From contig CAJNYD010000056.1 of NCBI GenBank assembly GCA_905331295.1, positions 186,001 to 250,000 on the forward strand: DNA of 64,000 nucleotides, in the 5' to 3' direction. The notes beneath the pieces are model-generated. The model was not told the DNA's origin, did no database searches, and was given only the letters and a program-made list of their open reading frames with translations. The position numbers and the translations under genes are program-made. Positions 24,352-37,427 of the stretch are shown here, piece after piece. How positions within the stretch are numbered: the stretch's first letter is position 1; every line of letters starts with the position of its first letter. The stretch is from Rotaria socialis (taxonomy: Eukaryota).

Positions 24352-27300
24352 ATGGGCAATAAGAAACAATCAAACGGTATTTTTCTATTATTAATTGATA
24401 AAGAATTTGATAACATAGTGATTTCATAGACCTGAAAACATCGTTAGAGAAAATACGTCATACGAACTGGTTCGACGGTATCCATAAACTACCAAGCAAT
24501 GTAGATAAAAGTTAGAATCAAAGGATACAATTCATAGGCGTAGATTTTTGCTCTTGTCTTTGCATAGAACTACTTGATCAATGTTCTATTCTCATTGAAA
24601 AATTTAGTAAACACATTTTTATTATAATCTTTCTTTTAATTTCATAAATCTTTCGTCAGTTAACAATGATGAATCATTACCAAAAACGATGATAAAATCA
24701 GAGTCGAAACTACTGAAACCCCAAGGTGATAGCATATTTTAAATATATCTATCTATTCGTACTGATCAAATTCTAGTTTCAAAAATCAAAAAATCTAACA
24801 TAAAAGCAACCAGTGAGATTAATTGACTTTTTATAAGTCAAGTAGTAGATATGATCTATTAATTAGAAATAAAACAATTGAAATCAAATTCTACATCTAA
24901 AAAAATCAAAATATCGAAGAAAACGAATCCGTCATTTCACTACAGCAACATCACATCCACTACCGGTTATCCTTGTTATCCATCGTAAGTTTTGAAATGT
25001 AAAAAAGATGTTTTAAAAAAAGAATTCTCTAGAGCATTTCCTTGTTTTCGATCATGTGGTCCAATAAATTGTCCTGAAAATAAATTGCCTATGCCTCGCG
25101 ATCTTTGGTATCGCATTGTTTATTCGCAAGCACTCGAACAACAACTAATAGGTACAAAAACTATAGAAAAAAATTGTAATTCTGGTTTGTTTTTATTCTT
25201 CAAAAATCGTTTAGGCGGTGGAGAATATGTTGTTCAAAATCGATCAGGTCTTATTTCATTGTAGCATCTCTTTAGTAGATTATAAAACCATAATTGTAGT
25301 TTTACATTCTCCATCATCATCGTCCAAAAGAAAACATAAAGAAGGTATTCTTTTTACATAATATAGAATCAAAATTCAAACGATATATTTGATTTTAAGA
25401 TGAATCTATAACGGATAAATCATCATATAATAATTTACATAGTAAGTCAAAGCCATGTTCTTGATTCGGTTTGATCTTAAACACATTGGTTTTCTTTTCA
25501 ATTAAGGAAACTTATCCAATACTAATAATTCCTTTCGCCAACAAACAATGAATACAGCATTACCATCAGCATCTACTAATATGATGAAGCTAGACAGTAA
25601 AATAGATTCTTTTATTGTAGCTTGAAGGAAAAAAAATTTCATTAGCACTTGATGATCATTTGAAAAAATCAGGTATAGAATTCAATGACGACACTTCATC
25701 ATTCGGTATTAAAGGTAAGAAAATATGAAGTTCGATCAGTAAGCTCTTTTTTTTATGTAGTACCATCAATTTCTTATAAACCATTTCCAAGTATGAGATT
25801 TGTTTCATAAATAATAACCTAGAGTACTATCTTGTTTGATGATCAGTGGATAATTTGGAATATATCGCTGAAACTTTACCATTGAAAACAGAAGATCAAC
25901 ATTGTGATTCGCGTAAGTAGGCTTTGTTTTTTTTTCTGCTTTCAAAACCTATTCTGATTCTAGAAGATTTTGTATATCAGAAAACTGACTCGAAAGAAAA
26001 TCGTAGGACTGAAAAAAAATGACGAATTTAATTATATTGCTATTTGATAATCTGAACTAGAAATAAATCTATGGAATACAAATCATAACAAAACAATATC
26101 ACCAACGGAATCTGTTCATGCAGAACTTATCAATCCACCTAGTACAATTATTGTAAACAATGGATGATTGTCTACTCTTCTCTAATTTAGAAATTCTTCG
26201 TGGCACATCAGCGGATGCTGCACTTGAGCGTAAAAATTATTTTGATAGTATTTAAAAAGAGAAAAAATTCATGCATAGAACTGCCACCTATTCCAAGTGC
26301 TCCGTCAGCGTCGATTCTTTTAAATCGTCAATCAAATTTCAAAGAGATCGCTAGTAAAACCTCTCTTTCATTGTCGTCAATTGAAATGTAAGAAAGTCTC
26401 TTAGGTTCATCTATTCAATTCGAACGATCCCAGTTGTCTATCGAACCATCGACTAATAAAATACCAAAAGAAACGTCTCATATTGATTCATTGGTGTCAT
26501 TCGAACATCCATTATTTCATCAATTAATTGAAAGTAAGAAAACTTTATTTGAATTTATATTTTCTTTCTTTCTTTTTCTTATTTTAGATTATTATCTGGG
26601 CGATATTCCTCGACCTCAATTATTCAAACAACTAAATCGTCGTTTGGCACATATTCATCAAACATTGAAATCCATGTCATCGAATGATATCGAAACAAAA
26701 CTTAAATATAAAAGCGATGGTAAATAGTAGGAAATCATAGGTTATTCAATTTTTGAATTTCATTCTAACAATAGCATTGCTTAAAAAACGTCAAACATCT
26801 AATCAATCATTGACTCACGATGAACGCATAGCCATGGCTGAGCGTAAGGATATTTTTTACATTATTGATAAAACAGAATAGACTTCGGAATTATTTTAGT
26901 TGAACTTAATGTTTACGAATATTCAAAAGGTAATGAAAAATATGTTTCTTTCTCTTGATTTTTAGATAACATTATGAATTATCATAGCACTTGACGAGCC
27001 ATCATCAAAATATTTTCGTATTAATAATAATAATGACGAGTTCGAAAATGAAAAAAGACAATCAATTCATCCTTTATTATTATCGTGTGATACAATTTTA
27101 CCTGTAGTAAAAAATACTGTTATATCGGAAACATCGATGTCAACATTTACTATAGGTAGATAGATTAATATAAAATAATTTAATCGTGAAACATCGAATT
27201 TTAAAGTTCGACCGTCGACCATCAGTCAGTCAGCGGCACTTCTATCAACAGAAACTCAATTTAGTGAAAATACAGGTTTTCCTTTATTTCAATTTTCGTT

Positions 27301-27817
27301 TCTTTTTAATACAGTTTTATTCTTGAGTAGATAAATTTGTTTTATGGAATCATCCACTGTTAACAAATCTAATGAATAGTCTGTTAGTTCCATTTCTCTC
27401 TCATAATTTAATGTTTCTTGTATCTAGCCTTTGAACCAATGGCACCATTATCGACAGCACAGATTCAAAAACAATGTAAGTATACGGAACACAAAAGTAC
27501 CTAATCTCTATTTTGAATAGTGTCTCGACGACATGAACATATTTGTAAAAAAGCAAAAGAACTTGATAGAATACAATTGCAAGCACGTAAGATTAACGAA
27601 TAATCTCGTCAATATAAATGTACTGTTTGATGTATTTATAGAGATAGATTCAAAATCTAAAGGTACGTCCTTTACTCATTTAGCGCTTTTTAAATTTTAC
27701 ATTTACTGTTAAATTGTTCTTAAAAAAGAATTCGAGTCTGCTGTTAGATCACGGAGAAGTGTATCATATCAGCAAAGAATAACGCTTAAAGTACCAGAAA
27801 ACATTAAGATTTCCTAG
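24352..27817 (+). CDS. Uncharacterised protein encoded by many short exons
   Basis: The first six exons splice in frame (MGNKKQSN|DLKTSLEK...|VNNDESLPK...|...GYPCYPS|AFPCFRSCGPINCPENKLPMPRDLWYRIVY). Regular GT-AG micro-exons continue to ...TLKVPENIKIS* at 27815-27817. Middle exons were not fully phased. Confidence 0.55.
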
Positions 27818-28444
27818 TATGAATATAAAAAAATCAAGATTGAAGCCTTTGAGTACTACCGAACGAGTCGCGAACAACCTTGCAAACAGTTTAGACTTTC
27901 ATAGTGCTAGATAGTGTGCACTGTTCTTGTTGAATAAATACTATGATCTTCTTCAAAAAGATTTCAATACAATAAATTCATCGAAGCTTTTCGAATATTT
28001 ATATCGGAGATTTCAGTTACGACAGAAGGTTCTTTTTTTGCTATTGTACTAATTAACACGATTAAATTCGCAACAATAAGCATACTTTGTTTAAGCACTG
28101 GAACAAGGTAAAAAAATCAGCCAACCAAACACAGATGAACTCTTACGAAAAGCAGAATGTGAGTAAAACTAAGTTCTAATTTGTCTAAAAGTCTTTTCGC
28201 ACTCTTTCTAGTGGAAATATGTATATTCGAGTTAGAAAAAGGTTTGTCAATGTTTTCTTCATCTGATTAATTTCTTTCTCTTACACTATCCTAGAACAAA
28301 TTGAACGAAATAAGACCGACTGATTGAATAAAAAAAACATGAATAGTTTTTTTTGTTTTTTTGTTTATTAATGATTTTCTTGTTATTATCTTTTTTCTTG
28401 TTAACAAAAACAAGCGAAACTAAAGTTCGAAGATTTATTTATGC

Positions 28445-28928
28445 CTATGATGTTGCAATAGCAGTTGATTGCTCGCCCGGTACGGTTCTAATAATATCGG
28501 AATCGCCTGGATCAGTTATAGCAAGAATACCAACACGAAAGTATTTGCCACAAGCTGTACCTAATTCAATATTATTACCACCATAATGATGTACACCAGT
28601 TTTGGCTAACATAGCATAATATTCGATTTCACTTTTTCTATAAAAAAAACTATCGATAGAAAATAATTTCAATAGGCAAATAAGTCTAACCTGATTTGCG
28701 GTGTATTAGCTGAAACAAGAATCAATTTAGCTTGGCCATTTCGTAGTGCTTTTAATGTTTGACGATAACCAAGTACATATTTACCAGATTTCATAACAAG
28801 TTGGAGACGTTGGTTAATTGTCTCAGCTTGTTTTTTCTATACAGAAATAAAACGAATCAAATTAATGGGTAAATTAAATGTTAGTTTAGTTTTTAACTTA
28901 CTCCTGCAACTTTTTTTGGTGGTGCCAT
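28445..28928 (-). CDS. RPL30: 60S ribosomal protein L30 (eL30)
   Basis: 3 exons: [93 protein letters not shown]... Confidence 0.97.
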
Positions 28929-29395
28929 TTTTTAAAATAGCTAAAAGATAAAAAAAAAATGAATTCAATGTGTTACACAGTTAGCGAAAATAAAACGAAG
29001 TGTATCATAAACAAAGATCCATGTGAAATGGTATTATCATGTCGCCATTATGATTCGATGAATATCTCGAATAGGTTTTCGACCTCCAATTTGGTTGTGA
29101 GAAGTAATAACCAAAATTGTAAATGTAATCCATCATGGTCCATGTTATACCAATGTGTGTATATTATCATTAGAAATGTATGGATAGTTGTCACTACGTG
29201 TGAATCATGATTCATTACAATCTTCAATGGAATTGAGTTCTATGCTGACTACTACCCTCCAATTTCAATATTGTTTGATGGGCGCTACTGTCGCTGTTGA
29301 GCTTTCTATCCCATTAATCAATAATAGTCGTTGGCTTGCTTGTGTCTATGTGTGCATCACTTGATGGTAATATTATTTTTGAAATAAAATTCTAG

Positions 29396-30963
29396 ATGCG
29401 TTCGTCAAATGGACCATCGAAATTATTCGTCGGAGATATTGGTAATAATCGTAAATCTGATTTAAATCGTCTATTCAGTAAATATGGCGAAATCTCAACA
29501 ATTTATATTGATGATAATAAACACTTTGGATTTGTTGAATTTATATCACCAAGCGATGCACAACGTGCATTAAGACATACAAATAATAAAACAGTGAACG
29601 GTTCAAGACTTCGTGTTGAATATGCTAAATCAGATAAAGCATCCCGAGATAATCGACCACCCGCGGTACGTGAACGTTCACCAGCATCAACTTTATTTAA
29701 TCATTTACAGGTTTGATAATTACAAAAAAAAATTAAAACAGCAGAATAGATTACGTTTTTTTTGTTTTCTTGGAAAATAAAAGGTAACGGCGAATCGTTT
29801 ACCCTCAATGCAAGCTATTCGTCAAAGTTATTATCAATATCATCCAGCTACAATGATGGCAAGTTCAGTCATGCCTCGTGGTCGATCTTTAACACCACCA
29901 TCATTTAAACAGAATGCTCGTCTATCATCGATGAATCATTTACGAACACAAGATTTTTATCCACCGGTATATTCGCCTCATTCAGTTGTTTATCCCGATT
30001 CATCTTATTATCGAACATACGGTGATCCATATTTAATGCAAAGATTACCACCACCACCGCCAAGTTATCTTCCTCCAGTATCATCACCGCCACCATCGTC
30101 ATTGTCATCCTACCGAAATATGTATTCATCATCTGGTCATCATCGTAATCCACCAGAGACGTCGCATAGACGAACACGACAAAGTTGTAGTCGTGGTGGA
30201 CGCAGGTACGAACTTCGGCTATTGTTGTCTCTCCCTTTTTTGCCATCAATAATAATCACGATCGCTTTATACATCGGACTACACGTCTCACTATGTCACT
30301 TATTTTCTCATGATCATCATCAGTTCATCTATCGTTGAAGAGAAGTGTCATTTTGACGATCGACTAAATTTCTTTCTCTTTCGAAACAGTCAGCTCCACA
30401 ATAAACATAATGGATAATACTACATAGCTACAGGTTGGTTTTGACCGATCTACTGTATATATTGATATATTTTTTTCCTTTCGAATAATGAAACTATATC
30501 AGAATATAGAAAATATAGCATAATGTTTTATTTATAGAAGCTCAAAATCACGAAAAAATCCATCGAGTCGTGAACGGGAACGAAAACGTAAACGACAATC
30601 TACACCATCATCATCGTCGTCATCTTCTTCGAAAGAACCACGTGAACGTGGTCCACAAACACCACCACCATCACATAGAGCTAAAAAACGGTTCGATTTG
30701 TTTTTGTTGAATATTTGTCGTATAACCATAATATCCTTTTGTTTTAGATCTCGCTCTGGTTCGGATGAAAATGTTTCAACATCTGAACAAAAATCAGCTT
30801 CTGATTCATCTTCTGAAGATGAAACTTTAGAAAATAAACAATCAAAATCTAAAAGGTAGACTAAATTATTTAAATTTTTTCTTCTAAAATTTTTCTTTTC
30901 TATTAAAGATTTCAAGATAATGATTCAAGTAGAAAGCATTCTAAAAGAAAAATAAGAAGATAA
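29396..30963 (+). CDS. SR-type RNA-binding protein (SRSF3/7-like RRM, Pro/Tyr-rich linker, Arg/Ser-rich tail), 5 exons
   Basis: RNP2 LFVGDI, RNP1 HFGFVEF, GSRLRVEYA. Exons 29396-29710, 29784-30205, 30538-30690, 30748-30855 and 30910-30963 are in frame. Confidence 0.85.
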
Positions 30964-33435
30964 ATCATTTTTTAATTTAATTATATCAAAATATTTGTTT
31001 ATTAGCTATATTTCTCTTAATTAATGTAAGCGTGTTTTCTTTTGTTGCCTCCCATGAAAAAGACTCATTGTGTAGTGGTGCCAACTACTTCTGCCTCTTT
31101 TTTTTTCTATAATCTTTTTGTAATATATTGTGTGATCACACATGTTATATTACTTCAACCATCTATGGTTGTTGTTTTTGCTGCTATTTTTGGTTAAAAT
31201 AAAATAGCATTAGAGCACATACGAAAATAGTCTTGTTCGCAAACAATCGATAAGCATCTATATATTGATGTATCATGCGTGCGAGTGTTACATCAAGGTG
31301 CTTTTCACCATGTAAACGACAATGTCTTAAATTTATAATCTGTTATTCAATAAAACTACGCACAAGTTTTAGTTATTTTAAAAAATAAGACGGAAACGTA
31401 AATAACTAAATTAAGATATTATCATATATTCTACATGTTTTTAATTTAATGTTTAAAAATTCTTGTATATTTTATAACTATGGAATAATAGAAATTAATT
31501 TTTTTAATTAGTTTAGTTTGCTTTGAGACTGATAATCTTGAGTGGTTACGCAAAAGGAATCAACTGAACGAGCTGAATGAATAGATGTGCTATCTGCATT
31601 GCTAATAGCGTTTATTGTACTAGTTGATCACATGAATCGCACCTCTATCAGCGCGAACACACTGATATATAAGTGTCATATACAATATAAGTGAAAGTGA
31701 AACGCATATCGTTCAATTCAACATTAATGAAGACGTCATGGAGAGAAAAGAAGCGAAGTGGAACGGTCATATTCAAAAGTAATCAAACTATTCAGAACAG
31801 TAAACCATGCTGTGGTAATTATAGAATGATGTAAAATTGTCTCTGTTAAATCTCGATGACGTCGCTGATTAAAGCGATTATTGAAAAGAGAAAACTTCAT
31901 TTCATAAAACCTTTATTTGACTGAAACGATAAGATTGACGTTGAGAAAGAAAAACATAAGACACTCTGCGTTTTTAGTTTTCCGTCTGTTAAAACGACTC
32001 CCATAATCTAGAAGTGAATTTTGTTTTTGAACTAATCGAATCATTATTCATATCCGCCAGTAAAAATGGTTTGATTGCGATTAGTTCAACAGAAAATGTT
32101 TGACAAGAATCTATAGATGATTACTGTTATTTTCAATATGTCATCGTACAAGTCTGCACTATCTCATATCATTATCCTACTAAGTGACTACGATGAGAAC
32201 GAGAATTTTTGTGAAGACTTCGGAATAATATTTTGAACGCTGGAAAAAATCACATTGCTTTTTTCATCAAACAATTGCCAAGTCTATTCTATGTTACATT
32301 GCTGAGAAATGAGTTTTGACATGAAGTTTTTCATCGTTTATTAATAAAAATAATTCGATACACTCATTTATTATTTATTAAATTGTTATTCAATTCTTAA
32401 AAGTAACTATTCGTTTCTTTGTCAATATCGTGTTCGAAAGGAGCAGTATTCAGTTTATTTTATTTCTTCAAGCCTTTGACAACGTGTCTATCAATGTAAG
32501 AGTTACTATGGTGCTTCTGTATTCAATCAATGAAGGACACAATTGTTTTTTTTATGGAATGTTGATAGATTTAATTACTTCAGTCAAGATTGATTAATCT
32601 ACTGAAGTATTTCTTCGATGATAATTTTAATTATCAGTCAAGGTCATTTCATGTTCTGAAAAATTCCACCGTGGAAAAATCTAGTGTCTATCCATGATGA
32701 TTTCCTCAAATAACAACAATAATAACTAAAGCCATCAGGCAATGAAAATGAAGTTTTGCTTTTCATGGAAATAGGAAACAATAACTTGAGGACATAGTTT
32801 CATTTTTTTCCAGAATGCTGCTATTTGCTTAATGAAAGATAGAAATTTTACCAAAAAATGCTATGAAGTGTTCAACAACTTGGTTTATAATGTTCTTTAT
32901 GACAAAAAGAACACATTATTCTATCGCTTCAGGTGGGTTAAGTTGTGATGAAGAAAGAATGGCATATGTTGTATAATTTGTTTGGTTAAATAGAATAATA
33001 AAGCATTTATTAAAGAAATAATGAGCTACATGAAGAATTTTGTGTTTTTCCTTCCTTACATATAAATCAAGGACTAGTATAAACGGAGAATACCCTGTGA
33101 ACTGCCAATTTGGTTTTGCTTTTCTTCTCTATTACATACTTATTTTTTCGCAATTTGATAGAACTTGATAAACCCCCATTAATTAGTTTATTCATACCAC
33201 GATTAACGAATAAAGAAAGGTTTTATTACAAAAATTTGATAACTACTTCTTTCATCTACTACTCTGAACCGATATAAAATGTATAAAATCAATAATTGTT
33301 TCCTATACTCATGTCTAATATGGTGCATGCATCGCTACCTTGGATTTTTATAAAGGCAAGTTTCTGTCTTCAATCAATTATCATCATAATATAGAAAATC
33401 AGCGCATAAAATAGATCAATCAGTGAATCTAATCG

Positions 33436-33770
33436 AAAAAAAATGCGGAAACATCGGATTCGCATCCGATTGTTATGTGTACTGCAAAAAACTGAGTCGA
33501 TTTATATATGTTGTGAATAATTCTGAGAAAAAAATCTCTGTACCACCTCAGTGATGGTCGGGTCAAAAATGACAAATTTTTCGATAACTCAGTCATTTCT
33601 TGACGGATCCTTTTCATCTTCGAACTCGACTGAGATATTGATGAGATCATTATGTGTACAAAATTTCATGACAATTGGATGAGCCTGTCAAGAGTTATCG
33701 TGTTAACAGACGGACGGACGGACACACTGACCGAATCTAGGGTGTACTCACTTTGTGAGTACACAAAAAA
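33436..33770 (-). mobile_element. HINE/DINE-1-like element, family A, complete copy
   Basis: 5' hairpin GTGTACTCAC-ttt-GTGAGTACAC (33742-33764), (GACG)n tract, subterminal inverted TGTGTACT (33476-33483), 3' stem-loop ATCGGAT-tcgc-ATCCGAT (33453-33470), T-run flanks on the minus strand. Confidence 0.75.
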
Positions 33771-33782
33771 CACATTTCACAC

Positions 33783-35174
33783 CAGGCCTCCTCATGGGAT
33801 GGGATGATTTCCTAATCCCATGATAAATGCGATTATCTTTTTAAAGAAAAAATGATTATTCATTTATGTCACACTTGACAATAGGTGAAAAGTGTGAATA
33901 TTATCATTCTTTTTCCGTACTGGCCATTAACCCAACCTCGAACTCTATTCGAACAATTGACTAAAGAATACGATAAAACATAGAAAACAGACCCATGTCG
34001 CGAATACCGCTTCAATTTTTGCGGTAAACCGCGGTAATTTTAGAAAAGCGGTAAATTTGTATGAAATGGGAGCCGGTAACCTGAGCGGTAATACCGCGGC
34101 TAACCGCTAGTTTTTCCGGTACCCTTTTTTTACCGTTATCATATAGGAAAAAAAGATGCCTAAGATAGCCCGATCAATGACTTTTAGCAACAATTTTTTA
34201 TAAACGCTCAGCGAACCGGTTAATCAAAAAATACCGGCGGTAAACCGCGGTGTTTCCCGAAACCCCCGGTTTACCGCGGTAAATTTGTGTTGATGGGAGC
34301 CGGTGACCGGAGCGGTAAAACCGCGGTAAACCGTCAATTTTACTCCGTTTTTTCCAACATGGGGAAATAAACATGAATGTTCTTTTTGTTTCAATGTTTT
34401 AATAAAATAGCATCATCTTTTGTTTTATAAATTGTTCAATGTCACCTTCTATAATTATTTCTTCCTCATTATCATCCTTAGTTTCAGACTTACAATTTGC
34501 ATTACACAAATTCTAAGAATAGATTTGAAAAAAGCGTTTAAAACTGAACAGAAAAATATGAAGAAAGAGATGTTCGATCGGTAATTCTCACTACCGGACA
34601 CGTCATTTTTAAGTGGGGAAAGATCAAATCCCGTCAATTTCTTGAATTTTTTTCCAATGTTTACATGTTTTCAGCATTAAGAGTTATGGACTAAGCCTCG
34701 ACTCACTTATTTTTTCTGTTCAGTTTTGAACGTTTATTTCAAATCTATTCTTAGAATTTGTGTAATGCAAACTGCAAGTCTGAAATTGAATAGGATTTGA
34801 CCGAAAACGGCTTGAAAATTCAAATTCTGAGTCAAATCCGAAAACGTTTTTTAGTCTTTCATAAATCTCGACTATCGTTTTACATAGAGCAAAAAAATGG
34901 TCTTGGCTGATATATGGAATCAGATGACAACTCCATTCTAAATCAGGGGGAAATATCTTCTTTCTTGCAATCTACTAGGAATTGGTGCATCCCTAATTCC
35001 AATATTCAAATCAGAATGCTGGAAAACTTTGAATTTTCAGTTACAAAAAAAATAAACCTTGATTTTCAGTAAGATTTCTCGTAAATATAGCGAATCCCAT
35101 GGGATGGGATGGAACGACTTGCATTATCCCACGGGACGAAAATTTCGTCCCATCCCATCCCACCAGGAGCCCTG
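33783..35174. mobile_element. Non-autonomous hAT-like element, copy 1
   Basis: TIRs CAGG(C/G)CTCCTxxTGGGATGGGATG; 8-bp TSD tttcacac/cttcacac; homologous to 53719-55055 in inverted orientation. Confidence 0.85.
33992..34363. mobile_element. Nested MITE with CCCATGT termini and 2-bp TSD (CMC/EnSpm-like)
   Basis: Absent from hAT copy 2 (empty site aaaacagaaataaac). Flanked by duplicated GA; rich in GCGGTAA/TTACCGC subterminal repeats. Confidence 0.8.
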
Positions 35175-36442
35175 CTTCACACATAATTTTAAGTCATTAC
35201 AAGAATACATGCAATCATCAATCTTTTTCTCATAAAAAACAGTGTAAAACAAAATTAATTTTACCAGTTTTATAACATGACATCAACATAATATTTTACA
35301 TCCATGAATATATTAATACGCATCACTCATTTTAATAAGTCGTCACCATAAATCTAAGTAATTCATGAGAGAGAGAAATGAGAATTATAGTAAATGTTTA
35401 GTTAAAATGACTTGTACCTCTAGATGAGCACCAATTATTTTCGTGCTAATTAATAAATGACACGTAAACTAAAAGCATTATCATGTTATCTTGCATGAAT
35501 ACAAAACAAGATCTATGTATATATATATATATATATAGTTATATATAAACGCAGATATACTCCACGATCTAACATGATTATTACTAATTTAGTTTCTTGC
35601 AATAGAAAATCTCTGCTTGTTTACTATGTTAAAAATATCCAGCTACGGGTAGACCTTATTACTAAATGAAGAGATGTGTTTAAATTTCCCAAACATTCAC
35701 TCTTTCTTTGTGATCACGTGAAGCAAATTATTTCTTTCGGTTTCCTCGATTGTCTTTCTTCTGATTAGTAGAATAATTTGTACAAATCAATAAAAGAAAA
35801 AAAACTGTATTATTTACATCAACTTCAATTCGAATAAATTTTCTATGAATTTCATACGAAGTTTTCTTTCTAAAATGTTTACCTCTCACAGCCTATGTAA
35901 TAATTCATTTTGAATAGTTTTAATCTATGCCACCATTACACACTGCTACAGCTCCGATTCATATTTCTTAATGAATATTTTCTAAAACAATCGAATTATG
36001 TTCGATTTCTTGGTAGTATAGATCATGAAACTGATCTGAAGCAAATGGAACTCAGGCTGCAATACATTGAAACTGCTCTCATAAGCAACCGTCGATCACA
36101 AAAAATATAGATCTAAAAGGAAACTTTAGAAAAATGCAGAGAAAAAACACTGTTTGAACTCGCCGAGAAAATTCAAGGATAGGCGTATAATGTGGTAGTA
36201 AAAGATTTTTTGGAGAAACATGCAAATTTTCTTGAAAAGAAAATCAACCGACAGAGTAATTCTCATTTTTATGTAGAAATAAACTGAAAGAAGCTTTTCC
36301 TAAAACCATTGCTATAAAACAACATTTTATCTCTCTCTGGATTTTCCTTGTCTATCATATTTTTGCTGTTCTCTAAGCTTGGAATCTTACGCTTCTCATT
36401 AACTTTAAGATAGACTGCCCTTGTTAGATATCAATCCTATTA

Positions 36443-37184
36443 TTAATGCGGTGCGAAGCACAGCATTTATGTAGTCCGTCGCGAGTTTTTAATGCGATGC
36501 GAAGCAGAAGCATTTCTGTAGTCCGTCGCGAGTTTTTTTAATGCGATGCGAAATAGAGTTTTCTGAGTGATGAATTTCATCATGTCGACATAAAAAGTAT
36601 TCAAGATTTCTCTGAATTGCAGATTTTTCCTGGATGGAGATTCCTGCTTCGCATCGCATTTCGTATTCGAGTGAAACTTGAATACCATCTAGTTTTTTTT
36701 TCTTTTTTACTTGACCGTACGCATCTTTTCTGTCGTTTTGTGACTCTATGATCTCGAGAACCAAAAATCGTAGAAAACTCGTTGAAACACAAGATAGCAG
36801 TATCGAGATCGAACTGCTTACAGCTTTTTTCGAATCTAAAATCCGATGTTTCATTCGGTCACAAATATCATTCCAAAATGACGAAAATGAACGAAATTTA
36901 TCGTTAGATAATTAAAGTGACGTCATCAACATATGTTAGCCACTATAGTCTCTTCATTTACAGCTGATCTAAGATAATGAATCATGGAGATAATTAATCG
37001 ATCAATCTAAATCGATCCTTAAGAATGTATCGCTAAGTAAGAATGGAGTTTTCTCAGTGATGAATTTCATCATGTCGACATAAAAAGTATTCAAGATTTC
37101 TCTGAATTGAAGATTTTTCCTGGATCGAGATTCCTGCTTCGCATCGCATTTCGTATTCGAGTGAAATTTGAATACCATCTAGTT
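36443..37184 (+). mobile_element. HINE/Helentron-like element, family B, with reiterated 5' and 3' ends
   Basis: 5' unit TTAATGCGATGCGAAGCAG repeated ~2.5 times. The inverse CTGCTTCGCATCGCATT plus stem-loop GTATTCGAGTGAAACTTGAATAC plus CATCTAGTT occurs twice (ending ~36694 and ~37184). Confidence 0.7.
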
Positions 37185-37427
37185 AGATTTAGCACTCGTA
37201 TGAAAAACGTTACACGTCTGAAATGTAATAATGTACGCAGATTCTCTAGACAAACAAAGCTAAGCATATAGGATATCCTATTGCATTGCGTGAAATATAA
37301 TATTTCATGTATCTTTATTGTCTTATATTAAAGATTTTTGTGTTAAAAAATCAGCTTTGTTTTTCGAACTACTCCACATATCACTTTTTCAATTAATAGA
37401 AATCACATATAAATTTATGTCATTCAG

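Noticed and set aside
32500..33000. Possible decayed coding remnant
   Set aside because: Looks codon-like in patches, but has many stops and no motif I can assign.
33992..34363. GCGGTAA-rich repeats as a CRISPR-like array or structured RNA
   Set aside because: No constant repeat/spacer periodicity; explained as MITE subterminal repeats with an empty site elsewhere in the window.
36443..36552. 48-bp tandem palindromic units as a CRISPR array
   Set aside because: The intervening sequences are identical rather than unique spacers; they are reiterated transposon ends.
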